Shown: positions 25,208 to 34,246 of the stretch, piece by piece
How the letters are laid out: every line of letters begins with the position of its first letter
Numbering within the stretch: the stretch's first letter is position 1
DNA from: an uncultured Solirubrobacterales bacterium
GTDB lineage: Bacteria; Actinomycetota; Thermoleophilia; Solirubrobacterales; 70-9
Direction: 5' to 3'
Assembly: GCA_963702575.1 (NCBI GenBank)
Contig: CAVPCU010000008.1
Coordinates: forward strand, 16,451 to 80,450
DNA: 64,000 nucleotides
Position numbers and translations under genes: made by a program
The notes under the pieces: generated by a model
The model's input: the letters and a program-made list of their open reading frames with translations, nothing else
Told to the model about the DNA's origin: nothing
The model's database searches: none

Positions 25208-26332
25208 TCAGTGTTTCTTCTTGGCCTGGGTGAGCAGGACGGTGGAGGTGACTACGCCGGTTCCGGTGGCCGTGGCGAAGAGATTGCCGTGCTTGCGGAG
25301 TTCGCGCTTGGCGCGGCCGGAGAGCTTGACGCTGAGCGTTTCGGACTCGCCTTCCTCGAGGTTGAACGGGGCGATGCCGATCACCACGGTCGGGGTCCTT
25401 CTGCCTTTCTTGACTTTGGCGGCGAGGATGAGGGTGTTTTCGCAGGGACCGCCGGAGCAGGTGATCGTGACGGCCGCCTTGCCGTGCTTGACGCTCGCGG
25501 TCGGGCCGACGGTGACCTTGCCTTCTCCTGGCGGAGGCGGTTCGGCTTCGTCGAAGGTCGCGGTGACGGTGGTATCGGAGCCGATCGTCACCGTGCAGAC
25601 GCCGGTTCCGGCGCAGCCGCCGCCCGTCCATCCCTCGAAGGTCGAGCCGCTGTCGGGGTCGGCGACGAGTTTGACGGTTTCGCCTTTTTCGAATTCGGCC
25701 GAGCATTCGTGGCCGCAGTAGATGCCTTCGGGGAGGCTGGCGATCGAACCGGAGCCGCTACCGGCCTTCTTGACCTCGAGGGTGAACACGGGCGGCGGTT
25801 CGGCTTCGAAGCTCGCGGTCACCGTGACGTCTTCTTCCATCTTCACCACGCAGGTTTCGGTGCCCGAGCAGCCGCCGCCCGACCAGCCGGTGAAGATCGA
25901 GCCGGCCGCTGCGGTGGCGGTGAGCGTCACTTCGGTGTGTTCTTCGAAGCCGGCCGCGCATTCGAAGCCGCACTGGATCCCCGCGGGGGAGCTGGTGACG
26001 GAGCCAGAGCCGCTGCCTTCCTTTTCCACTTCCAGCGTGTGCGAGGGGCAGTAGGGGGGCATGCATTCGTGTTCGTGTTCGTGATGGCCGTGGTGGCCGT
26101 GATGGCCGCCGTGGTCGTGGTGGTGACCGCCATGGTCGCCGCCTTCGTGATCTCCGTGGTGACCCCCGTGATCGCCGCCTTCGTGATCGCCGTGATGGCC
26201 ACCGTGATCGCCATGGCCGCCTCCGTGGCCGCCGTGGTGGTCTCCGCCGCCGCCGGCGAAAGAGGCAGACGGCAGCGCCAGCGCCCAGAGGGCGAGAGCC
26301 CCAGCCAGCAGCAGCAACCCGGTCCGCTTCAC
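25208..26332 (-). CDS. secreted His-rich protein with 2-3 InlB-B-like domains and the family C-terminal module
   Basis: Signal VKRTGLLLLAGALALWALALPSASFA (GTG 26332; the track ORF extends to 26389). His/Gly/Asp tract at 26066-26254. Domains GSGSVTSSPAGIQCGFEC...GSIFTGWSGGGCSGTETC. C-terminus ...VVTSTVLLTQAKKKH. Confidence 0.8.
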   Translation of the reverse strand: MKRTGLLLLAGALALWALALPSASFAGGGGDHHGGHGGGHGDHGGHHGDHEGGDHGGHHGDHEGGDHGGHHHDHGGHHGHHGHHEHEHECMPPYCPSHTLEVEKEGSGSGSVTSSPAGIQCGFECAAGFEEHTEVTLTATAAAGSIFTGWSGGGCSGTETCVVKMEEDVTVTASFEAEPPPVFTLEVKKAGSGSGSIASLPEGIYCGHECSAEFEKGETVKLVADPDSGSTFEGWTGGGCAGTGVCTVTIGSDTTVTATFDEAEPPPPGEGKVTVGPTASVKHGKAAVTITCSGGPCENTLILAAKVKKGRRTPTVVIGIAPFNLEEGESETLSVKLSGRAKRELRKHGNLFATATGTGVVTSTVLLTQAKKKH

Positions 26333-26416
26333 GGCCGTTTCACAGTACCAGAGGTCGCGCGACTCATACACATACCGTGTTAGTACCAAAACAGGTAGTA
26401 GTAATTACCCACACAC

Positions 26417-27840
26417 TCACCGAAGCCGCCAGGCAAGGCTCGTTTCGCCGCCCTGCCTGGCCCGCAGGACGCCCGCGGCGCCGGCTTCGACGCGGGCGAG
26501 GAAGATCCGGTCGGCGCCGGCGGCGAGGCGGGCCAGCGGCGCCCAGCGCCCGCCGGCCCGTCGTTCGACGACGAGCGGCCCGGGCGCGGGCGCCTTGCCC
26601 CAGACGAGCGTCTCGGCACCGGCGACCGCGGTGGGCGACGAAGGGGAAGCGGAAGGCGTCGTAGGCCGGCTTGGGCGGTGCCATCGAGGAAGAAGAGGCC
26701 GCTCTGCTGGGTCGCGGCGAAGCCAGCCGTCCCCGGGTCCTGGTCGCGCAGGTACCACCAGACCACGGCGCTGACGCCCTCGCTCCAGAGGCGGTACAGC
26801 GCCTCGGCGAGGAAGCGGGCGTGGAGGGCGAGCGGCACGCCGCGGGGGTCGGGCGGGCTCGAGTCCCACCAGATCTCCGGCGCCCAGAAGGGCTTGGGGC
26901 GGGCCGGCAGGGCGCGCCCGGTCCGCACCGCCCGGCGCACGATCGCGCTGAGGCGGCCGATGTCGGGGATCGAGGCGTCGAGCGGGCTGAGCGCGCCTTC
27001 GTCGGGGCCGGCGACGTCGATCGGGTTGTGGGCGGCGATGTCGAAGTGCGCCGGGTCGGGGCAGTCGACGGGTTGCAGCGCCGCGCCGCGCAGGCAGAGC
27101 AGCGAGCGCCAGAACCAGACCGGCGGGACGCGGCTCCCCCCCGTCCGCGCGTCCCCGTAGGGCGCCAGGCCGCCGACGAGGACCTTCGCCCGGGGGCTGG
27201 CGGCGTGGATCCCGGCGTAGGCGGCGTTGAGCATCGCCCGGTAGTGGGCCGGGCCGACCAGCTCGCCCCCCTGCCAGAGGGGGCTGAGGTGTTCGGCGAG
27301 GTTCTCCTCGGCCCAGATCTCGAAGTAGCGCACGCGCGGCAGCGGCCCGGCGGCGGGGTGGGCGGGGTCGACGAAGCCGCCCGAGTAGCGCGCCGCGAGC
27401 GCCTGGGCGAACTGCCCCAGCGCCGCCGGCTGCGGCAGCCAGGTGCCGGCCAGCGCCGTGCTCGGGCGACCCGGCCCCTCGGCCCAGGCCGGCGCGGTGC
27501 TGATGTCGAGCAGCGGCTGCAGACCGTGGGCGGCGGCGCTGCGGATCGAGGCGTCGAGCGGTTCCCAGCGGTAGGCGGGGTCGGCCGGGTCGGCGGCATC
27601 GAAGCCGGCCGGGGGCGCCTTCGGCGCGATCGTCGACCAGACGGCGTCGAGGGCGACGAGGCTCGCCCGCGCTTCGCCCGCCCGCGCCAGCCATTCTTCG
27701 CGCAGCGCCGGGTCGGGGCTGGCGAAGGCGGGGTCGGCGACGCCGAGCCTGAGGCCGTGCGCCGCGGCGACGGCCGCCGAGTGGGCGCCGAGCGCCAACC
27801 CGGCGAGGGCGATGGCGAGGGCGAGGGCGGCTCGCCTCAC
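26417..27840 (-). pseudogene. secreted clan GH-A-like (TIM-barrel) glycoside hydrolase-like gene with two closely spaced frameshifts near its 3' end
   Basis: Signal VRRAALALAIALAGLALGAHSAAVAAA and motif RYFEIWAEENL. The reading passes from the 26380..28278 frame (..QQSGLFFLDG) to the 26364 frame (PPKPAYDAFRFPFVA) to the 26417 frame (AVAGAETLVWGKAP...SLAWRLR*) between ~26690 and ~26630. Confidence 0.6.
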
Positions 27841-28280
27841 CTGACCGCCGTGCGGCGACGGCGTGCGACGGCGAAGGCGAGCGCCGCGGCGGCCATCCCC
27901 ATCAGGGCGAGCGGGAAGGCGGCGCCCAGGCCCGGCCGCCCGGGTATCCGCAGTGCCGAGGCCGGCGCCGCCGGCGCGACCCGGCCGGCGCGCGCGGGGC
28001 GGGGCGGGGCGGTCTGCGCCACCGCCCGCGCCATCGCCTGCCCGGGCGCGCCGCGGCCGCGCAGGGCCTGCGCCGTGGCCGGGCTGAGGTCGCCTTCGCG
28101 CACCGCGTCTTCTTCGCGCTTGCTCGGGTCGGGCGCGCGCGGCCCGGCCGAGGCCGGCAGCGTCTCGTAGTACTGGTCGGCCTCGGAGTTGCCGGGCGGC
28201 GCGAGCGAGCGGGCCGCGGCGCCGGCGGGCAAAGCCAGCGCCAAGGCCAGCAGCAGCGCGAGTGTCCCAACTCTCCACAT
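27837..28280 (-). CDS. small secreted/anchored protein (147 aa): signal peptide, Pro/Ala-rich region, C-terminal TM helix + RRRR
   Basis: MWRVGTLALLLALALALPAGAAA ... GLGAAFPLALMGMAAAALAFAVARRRRTAVR*. GGAGGG precedes the ATG. The stop overlaps the hydrolase GTG (GTGA). Confidence 0.6.
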   Translation of the reverse strand: MWRVGTLALLLALALALPAGAAARSLAPPGNSEADQYYETLPASAGPRAPDPSKREEDAVREGDLSPATAQALRGRGAPGQAMARAVAQTAPPRPARAGRVAPAAPASALRIPGRPGLGAAFPLALMGMAAAALAFAVARRRRTAVR

Positions 28281-28320
28281 CCCTCCAGAGAGAGTAAACA
28301 CGCCAGACCGCAAATAGAAG

Positions 28321-29589
28321 CTACGCCCAAAGCGCCGCGATCGGCGCCGCCTGGATCTTGCGGTCGAGCTCGAAGTGGGCCGGCCCCGTGTGGAGGACGA
28401 CGCCGGCGAGGAAGCGGTCCTCGAGCTGGTCGCGGAGCCAGGCCAGGTGCTCGGCGTCCCTCGCGCTCGGCGCGGCGGTGGCCTTGATCTCGATCGCGAT
28501 GACGCGTTTGCCGCCAAGCTCGGCCAGGAGGTCGATCTCGTGCCGGCCCTTCTCGGTTCGCAGGTGATAGAGGCGGGGCCGAGCGCGCGAGAGCGGAACC
28601 TCCGGTCTCAGCTGAGCGGCGACGAAGGTGTCGAGAATGCGCCCGAGGACGTTGCCGTCGCCGACGATGCCCTGCTCGTCCAGGCGCAGGGTGGCGGCCA
28701 TCAGCGCGGCATCGACCAAGTAGCGCTTCGGCTGGCGAACGAGCCGCTTGAGTCGGTTCGAGGTCCATGCCGGCACCCGCTCGACGACGAGGAGATCGGA
28801 CAGCAGGCCCTCGTAGATCGACGCGGTGATCTTGTTGATCCCGGCGGCGTCGTAGATGCTCTTGTGGTCGCTCACCCCGGCCGAATTGAGCGCGTACGCC
28901 TCCAGGTAGCTGCGCAGGCGCTCGGGGTCGCGGCGCCGGCCACCAGAATCCGACTGCTCGAGCTGCTCGACGTCGTGGGAGAGGAGATCGTCGACGTAGC
29001 TGCCGAGCCAGGCTTCCCGCGCCGAGCCCGTCAGCTCCAGGGCGGCGGTCGGAAAGCCGCTCCGCAAAGCAAGGCCAAGGTACCCCAGCAGGTCGGGAGC
29101 CTCCGCGGGGCTCGCAAGGGCGTCCCCGGCTGCGATCCTGTCGAAAAAGGTGGGGCCGCCGGTGCGGCCGAGCAGCTCGCGGATCGTCATCGGGTAGATG
29201 GCGAGACGCACGAGCCGTCCGGTCCCCGGCCATACCCGGTTCTCGATCTCGGCGTGGACCGAGCCGGTGACGTAGAAGCGGTTCGGCCGGGGATCGGCGT
29301 CCACCGCCCGGCGAACCGCAGCGAGGACGCCGGGCACGTTCTGCCACTCGTCGAGGAGGATCGGCTCGCGGCGGCTACGCAGGGCAGCCGTGGGATCGGC
29401 CCGGAAAGCCGAGGCTTCGGCCTCGAGGTCGAGCCGCACCCGCGTCGCCGCCCGCCGCTCCATCGTCGTCGTCTTCCCGGTTGCGCGCGGCCCCACGACC
29501 AAGAGCCCCGAGAGCTGCTCCAGCAGCTCGTCGAGATAGGAATCGACGAGCCGGGTCCTGTAGGCGGTCGAGGCGGCCTCCATGAGCAC
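28321..29589 (-). CDS. P-loop ATPase of the COG1373 type (AAA_14 + DUF4143-like), second copy
   Basis: Walker A VGPRATGKT; LLDEWQNVPGVLAAVRRAVD; C-terminal EIDLLAELGGKRVIAIEIK. Confidence 0.8.
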   Translation of the reverse strand: MLMEAASTAYRTRLVDSYLDELLEQLSGLLVVGPRATGKTTTMERRAATRVRLDLEAEASAFRADPTAALRSRREPILLDEWQNVPGVLAAVRRAVDADPRPNRFYVTGSVHAEIENRVWPGTGRLVRLAIYPMTIRELLGRTGGPTFFDRIAAGDALASPAEAPDLLGYLGLALRSGFPTAALELTGSAREAWLGSYVDDLLSHDVEQLEQSDSGGRRRDPERLRSYLEAYALNSAGVSDHKSIYDAAGINKITASIYEGLLSDLLVVERVPAWTSNRLKRLVRQPKRYLVDAALMAATLRLDEQGIVGDGNVLGRILDTFVAAQLRPEVPLSRARPRLYHLRTEKGRHEIDLLAELGGKRVIAIEIKATAAPSARDAEHLAWLRDQLEDRFLAGVVLHTGPAHFELDRKIQAAPIAALWA

Positions 29590-29652
29590 TAATATACCTC
29601 TCCGGCAGGACTTTCTAACCTTTTACCGCAGGAGTTCGTATACTTTTACCGC

Positions 29653-29696
29653 GCAGCCGACTTTGACCACACTGGAGGGGGGTCAAAGTCGGCTGC
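29653..29696. repeat. perfect 16-bp inverted repeat with 12-nt loop in a divergent intergenic region
   Basis: GCAGCCGACTTTGACC-acactggagggg-GGTCAAAGTCGGCTGC. It is preceded by two CTTTTACCGC direct repeats (29620, 29643; 23-nt register). Confidence 0.6.
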
Positions 29697-29721
29697 GGGT
29701 GGCGTAGCTTTCGGGATCTCC

Positions 29722-31744
29722 TTGGAGGCATTGGGGACAGCGGAGCGGGTTGATGGGGGGGCCGAGTCGGTCGGCGCCCGCGTGAGCGTGGGCGCGATCG
29801 ATTGGGGCGGGGTCGCGACCTGGGTGCTGGCGGCGGCGCTGGTCGTCTACCTGGCGCTGGAAAACGGCGGCTACGATCCGATCCCGCGCGACCAGGTCGG
29901 CGTCGCGGTCTGGTGGGCCCTGCTGCTGGGGGTCGCGGTCGAGGCGCTGCCGGTGCCGGGGCGGACCCGGGTGGCGCTGGTCGCGCTCGGCCTGCTTCTC
30001 GGCTTCGCCCTCTGGACCGCGCTCTCGCTGGGCTGGACGCAGAGCAGCGAACGAACCGCGACCGAGCTTGCCCGGGTCGCCACCTACCTCGGCATCCTCG
30101 CGCTGGGGATCTGCCTGGCGACGCGGCGGCGGGCCGGGGCGCGGCAGGTCCTCGGCGGGGTGACCTTCGGCCTCGCCCTGGTCGACGGCGCTGGCGGTGC
30201 TCTCGCGCCTGCACATGGCCTGGTTCCCGGCGAACGAAATCGGCCGGGTGCTGCCCGGGATCGAAATCGAGCGCCGCCTCGCCTACCCGCTGGGCTACTC
30301 GAGCGCGGTCGGCGCCCTCGCCGGGATGGCCCTGCCGCTGCTGCTCGCCGCCACCGCCTCGGCGCGCACGATCGCCGGCCGGGCGCTCGCCGCGGCGGCG
30401 ATCCCGATCGCCGGCCTCGCCCTCTACCTCGCCACCTCGGGCACCGGCGCCGCCGTCGCCGCGGTCGCGATGCTGGTCTTCCTCGCCCTCTCCCCCGACC
30501 GCCTGCCGAAGCTGCTGACGCTGGCGGCGGGAGCCGGCGGGGGCGCGGTGCTGGCGCTGGCGGTCCACGGCCGCGGCGCGCTCGCCCGCGGGCTGCCCAC
30601 CGCCGCCGCCGAACGCCAGGGCACCGAGGTGATCTGGATCGCGCTCGCGGTCTGCGCCGCGCTCGCCCTGGTCCAGGTCGGGATCGCGCTCGCCGACCGC
30701 CGCCTGGGGCGGACCGGGTGGCTGCCGATCGACCGCCGCCAGGCGCTGGTCGCGACCGCGGCGGTGCTGCTCGTCGCGATCCTGGTCGCGATCGCCGCCG
30801 GGGCGCCGCACCAGGTCTCCCACCGCTGGGACGTGTTCAAGGGGCGCAGCGGCGGCTCGAGCGCCGAACCGAGCTCGCCCTCGACGATCGTCAACTTCCA
30901 CGGCAGCGGCCGCTACCAGTTCTGGGAATCGGCGGTGGAAGCGGGCGAAACCGCGCCCTGGAAGGGGATCGGCCCCGGCACCTTCGAGTTCTGGTGGGAC
31001 CGCCACGGCTCCTACGCCGGCTACGTCCGCACCGCCCACTCGCTCTACCTCGAGAGCCTGGCCGAGCTCGGCATCCCCGGGCTGCTGCTGATCGGCGGCT
31101 TCGTCGCGCTCGTGCTCGGCGCCGGCGCGGTGCGCTCGCTGCGCGCCCCGCCCGAGCAGCGCCTCGTGCTCGCCGCCGCGACCGCGGGCGCCGCCGGCTT
31201 CGCCACCGCGGCGGCGCTCGACTGGGTCTGGCAGCTCGGCGCATTGGCGGCGGCCTTCATGCTGCTCGCCGCGGTCGCGCTGAGCGGCTACTCGCTGCGC
31301 GAGCCGACCCGGCGGCGGCGGCGCAGCAGCCGTCTGCGGCGCAACCGGATGCAGCGCGTCGGTGTGGCGGCGGTGGCGGTGGCGGCGCTGCTGGCGATCT
31401 GGTTCCCGCTGCACGCCGCCACGGCGCTGCGCCAGAGCCAGCTCGACGCCGCCCACGGCGACCTCGCCGCCGCCCTCGACCGCGCCCAGGAGGCGGCCGA
31501 CGCCCAGCCCGACGCCGCCTACCCGGTGCTGCAGGAAGCGCTCCTGCTCGAGCAGCAGGGCAAGCTCGGCGGCGCCGCCGCGGCCGCCCGCGAGGCGACC
31601 CGCAAGGAAAGCGCCGACTGGCGCACATGGACGATCCTCGCCCGGATCGAGGCCGAGCGCGGCCGGGTCCAGCCCGCCCTGCGCGCCTTCGCCCGCGCCC
31701 GCACGCTCAACCCCCACTACAGCCTGCTGAGCGTCCGCTCCTGA
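29722..31744 (+). pseudogene. O-antigen ligase/polymerase-like membrane protein (Wzy_C) with C-terminal TPR-like region; one frameshift at ~30185
   Basis: The N-terminal 4 TM helices are in the 29722 frame (..VTFGLALV). The continuation (TALAVLSRLHMAWFP...) is in the 30197..31744 frame, with an extra g in gtcGacggcg. Wzy_C-like TAHSLYLESLAELGIPGLLL. The start codon is uncertain. Confidence 0.65.
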
Positions 31745-31764
31745 AGCGGAGGTCGTGAGACCGC

Positions 31765-31792
31765 GAGTTAGTGCTTCATGAGTAACTAACTC
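31765..31792. terminator. 8-bp stem hairpin in an AT-richer spacer between convergent genes (possible bidirectional terminator)
   Basis: GAGTTAGT-n12-ACTAACTC between the stops at 31744 (+) and 31813 (-). Confidence 0.3.
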
Positions 31793-31812
31793 GTGATACA
31801 GCAAGCACGACT

Positions 31813-32421
31813 TTACGTAGGGCGGCGCAGGGCGACTAGGGCGTCGACGGCCGCTACCGGCTCGTATCCCCCGTCCCCGCGCAGGCGCTCGACCTGGCGG
31901 GCGGGGCCGCCCTCGGGGTCGAGCGCGTCGTGGAAGGCGACCACGCCGCCCGGCTGCAGGAAGGGCTCCCAGGCCTCGAAGTCGCGGCGCACCCCCTCGG
32001 CCGTGTGGTCGCCGTCGATCCAGAGCAGCCCGATCGGGCGCGTCCAGCCACCGCAGACGACCTCCGAGCTGAGGTTGACCAGGCGCACCCTCTCGACCAC
32101 GCCGGCGAAGAGGAGGTTCTCGAAGAAGGCCCGCCGGTCGGCGGGGCCGAACTTCCCCCCGAGGACCCCCTCGAAGGCCTCGTGCGGCTCGACCGCGTAG
32201 ACGGGCGCCCCGTCGGCGCCGAGCGCGAGCGCCGCGGTCGAGCGCCCGCGGTAGCTGCCGACCTCGACGATGCAGGCCGCGGGCGGCACCGCGCCGGCCA
32301 GCTCCATCAGCGCCGTCGCCTCGGCGTCGCTGATCATCCCCTCGATCGTCAGCGCGCGGCGGCCCGGCCCGTGCTTGCCGAGCAGCCGGAGGCGGCGGCG
32401 GATGCGCCGGTCCCAGCGCAT
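31813..32421 (-). CDS. class I SAM-dependent methyltransferase (Methyltransf_24/CmcI-like)
   Basis: MISDAEATALMELAG...IVEVGSYRGRSTAALA...LLWIDGDHTAEGVRRDFEAW...GGVVAFHD. The ATG at 32421 shares one nt with the upstream TGA. Confidence 0.75.
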   Translation of the reverse strand: MRWDRRIRRRLRLLGKHGPGRRALTIEGMISDAEATALMELAGAVPPAACIVEVGSYRGRSTAALALGADGAPVYAVEPHEAFEGVLGGKFGPADRRAFFENLLFAGVVERVRLVNLSSEVVCGGWTRPIGLLWIDGDHTAEGVRRDFEAWEPFLQPGGVVAFHDALDPEGGPARQVERLRGDGGYEPVAAVDALVALRRPT

Positions 32422-33182
32422 CAGGCGGCCTCGGCGCGGCTCGCCAGGCCGGCGCGGACGCGGTCGACCATCGCGTACTCGGGCGCCAGCCGCTCGCGCA
32501 GCAGGCCGCGCTCGGCCTCGGTCAGGGAGACCGGCTCGCCGAAGCTGCGCTCGCGCTTCTGCTCGAGCTCGAGCCCGAGCTCGAGCGCGAGCCGCCTCAG
32601 GTCCTCGGGGAAGGTCTCGGTGAAGCAGACCGCCGAGCAGGCGAGGACCCGCTCCGCCGCCTCCGCCGGGTCGAGGCCCTCGGAGAACATGTGGAGCTGG
32701 GTCAGCAGATGCTCGGCGGGGACCCGCTCGAGGAACTCGGCGAAGCCGACCTCCCCCCTCCGCCGCCGGCCCAGCCACGGCAGCGGGGAGCGGGTGCCGC
32801 GGTCGAGGAAGGCGCTCTCGGCGAGCACGTCGTCGATGAACGGCTCTTTCTCGCGCGCCGCACCGTCACCTCGCGCCCAGAGCAGGTAGCGATAGTAGGA
32901 GATCGCGCGGGCGGCCGGGTCGCGCAGAATCGTGACGGTGAAAGTCGCCGGCGGCAGGCTCAGCCGGTAGGCGGGCTGGTGTGAGTTGGCGAAGAAGTAG
33001 TCACCCTTCGCGATCAGCTCGGCGTTGCCGCGCACCAGCTTCAGGCCGTTGCCCTCGACCGCCGAGCGGTCCGACATCTGGTCGAGCCCGAGGCCGGCGA
33101 GCGCCCAAAACGCGGCGTTCAAACTCGTCCCGGCGGTCTTGCGGATGTGGTAGTGGTAGACGCGCTCGTAATCGGGATTCAT
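32421..33182 (-). CDS. sulfotransferase (family 2-like)
   Basis: 5'-PSB-like YHIRKTAGTSL and 3'-PB-like TILRDPAARAISYYRY. The start is probably MNPDYERVY (33182); the track ORF extends to 33212. Confidence 0.75.
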   Translation of the reverse strand: MNPDYERVYHYHIRKTAGTSLNAAFWALAGLGLDQMSDRSAVEGNGLKLVRGNAELIAKGDYFFANSHQPAYRLSLPPATFTVTILRDPAARAISYYRYLLWARGDGAAREKEPFIDDVLAESAFLDRGTRSPLPWLGRRRRGEVGFAEFLERVPAEHLLTQLHMFSEGLDPAEAAERVLACSAVCFTETFPEDLRRLALELGLELEQKRERSFGEPVSLTEAERGLLRERLAPEYAMVDRVRAGLASRAEAA

Positions 33183-33238
33183 CCGGGCGAAAACGAGTCT
33201 AGTTGATAGCATCGGCTCGCCTGCAGGGGGCCGTTTTC

Positions 33239-34246
33239 ATGTCCACGAAGCCAAGTACGCAACCCGCGACGGCCACGGACGAGGCCGTCGACTTCCTCGT
33301 GATCGGTGCGCCCAAGGCGGGTACCACGTCGATTTTCGAGTACCTCCGCGGGCATTCCGAAATAACACTTCCGCCCGACAAGGAGGTGCCGTACTTCAAC
33401 GACGACGGCGTCTACAACAGCCTCTCCTGGGAGGAGTACGTGCGGCGCGCCTTCCCGGAGCACGACCCGCGGCTGCGCACCGGCACGATCACACCCCACT
33501 ACATGTTCCCCGTCAGCGGCGCTCCCGGAGGGAGCGACTACGACGAATACACGGTGCCGCGCCGCATCCGCGAGCGGCTGCCCTCGGTGCGCCTGATCGC
33601 GATCCTGCGCGACCCGGTCGAGCGCGCCTACTCACACCACAAGCAGGAAGTGCGCCTCGGGCTCGAGAGCCGCACCTTCCCCGAGGCGGTCGACCAGCTC
33701 CTGCGGCCGGCCGAACTGGACCGTTACAGGCGCACCTTCACCAGGACCGACTGCTATGTGACGGTGGGCGAGTACGGCCGCATCCTCGGCGCCTACCGCG
33801 ACACCTTCCCGCGCGAGCAGATGCTGGTCCTCTTCACCGAGACGCTGGCGCGCCAGCCGCGCGAGGTGCTGGCGCGGATCTACGAGTTCCTCGGCGTCGC
33901 CTCCCAGCGTGACCCCGGCAACCTCGGCAAGCGCTACAACGTCAGCGCCGCGGAGGTGAGGCTCTCCCGCTTCAACCCTGCGAGCCTGGTCAGGCTCGCC
34001 TCCGCCAACCCGCTGGCGCGGGCGGCGTGGCACTCGCTCTCCGAGGGCCGCAGGACCCGCATGCTGGCCGGCTACCGGCGGATCAACTTCCGCTTCCACG
34101 CCTGGAACCGGCGCGGCACCGAGGCGAGCGAGCCGACCGCCGAGGAGTCGGCGGCGCTCGAGCGCCTGCGCGAGCACTACGCCGCCGACGGAGCGCGGCT
34201 CGCCGAGCTGCTCGGCGAGGCCCCGCCCTGGGCGGGCGCGGCCTAG
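33239..34246 (+). CDS. sulfotransferase (Sulfotransfer_1/3-like)
   Basis: FLVIGAPKAGTTSIFEYL (PAPS 5'-phosphosulfate loop) and IAILRDPVERAYSHH (3'-phosphate motif). Confidence 0.8.
   Translation: MSTKPSTQPATATDEAVDFLVIGAPKAGTTSIFEYLRGHSEITLPPDKEVPYFNDDGVYNSLSWEEYVRRAFPEHDPRLRTGTITPHYMFPVSGAPGGSDYDEYTVPRRIRERLPSVRLIAILRDPVERAYSHHKQEVRLGLESRTFPEAVDQLLRPAELDRYRRTFTRTDCYVTVGEYGRILGAYRDTFPREQMLVLFTETLARQPREVLARIYEFLGVASQRDPGNLGKRYNVSAAEVRLSRFNPASLVRLASANPLARAAWHSLSEGRRTRMLAGYRRINFRFHAWNRRGTEASEPTAEESAALERLREHYAADGARLAELLGEAPPWAGAA

Noticed and set aside
26364-28278. Treating 26364..27599, 26417..27694 and 26380..28278 as three separate overlapping genes
   Set aside because: Only one frame at a time has protein-like composition. 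Together they reconstruct one hydrolase-like protein. The N-terminal 146 aa of the 632-aa track ORF (R/G/A/P-rich) overlap the small upstream gene and precede a good GTG + signal peptide at 27840.
29615-31804. 729-aa minus-strand ORF covering the whole O-antigen-ligase-like gene
   Set aside because: It is Arg/Gly/Pro/Ala-rich low-complexity translation with no motifs. It is the antisense shadow of a convincing multi-TM Wzy_C gene in a ~70% GC genome, where stop codons are rare in all frames.
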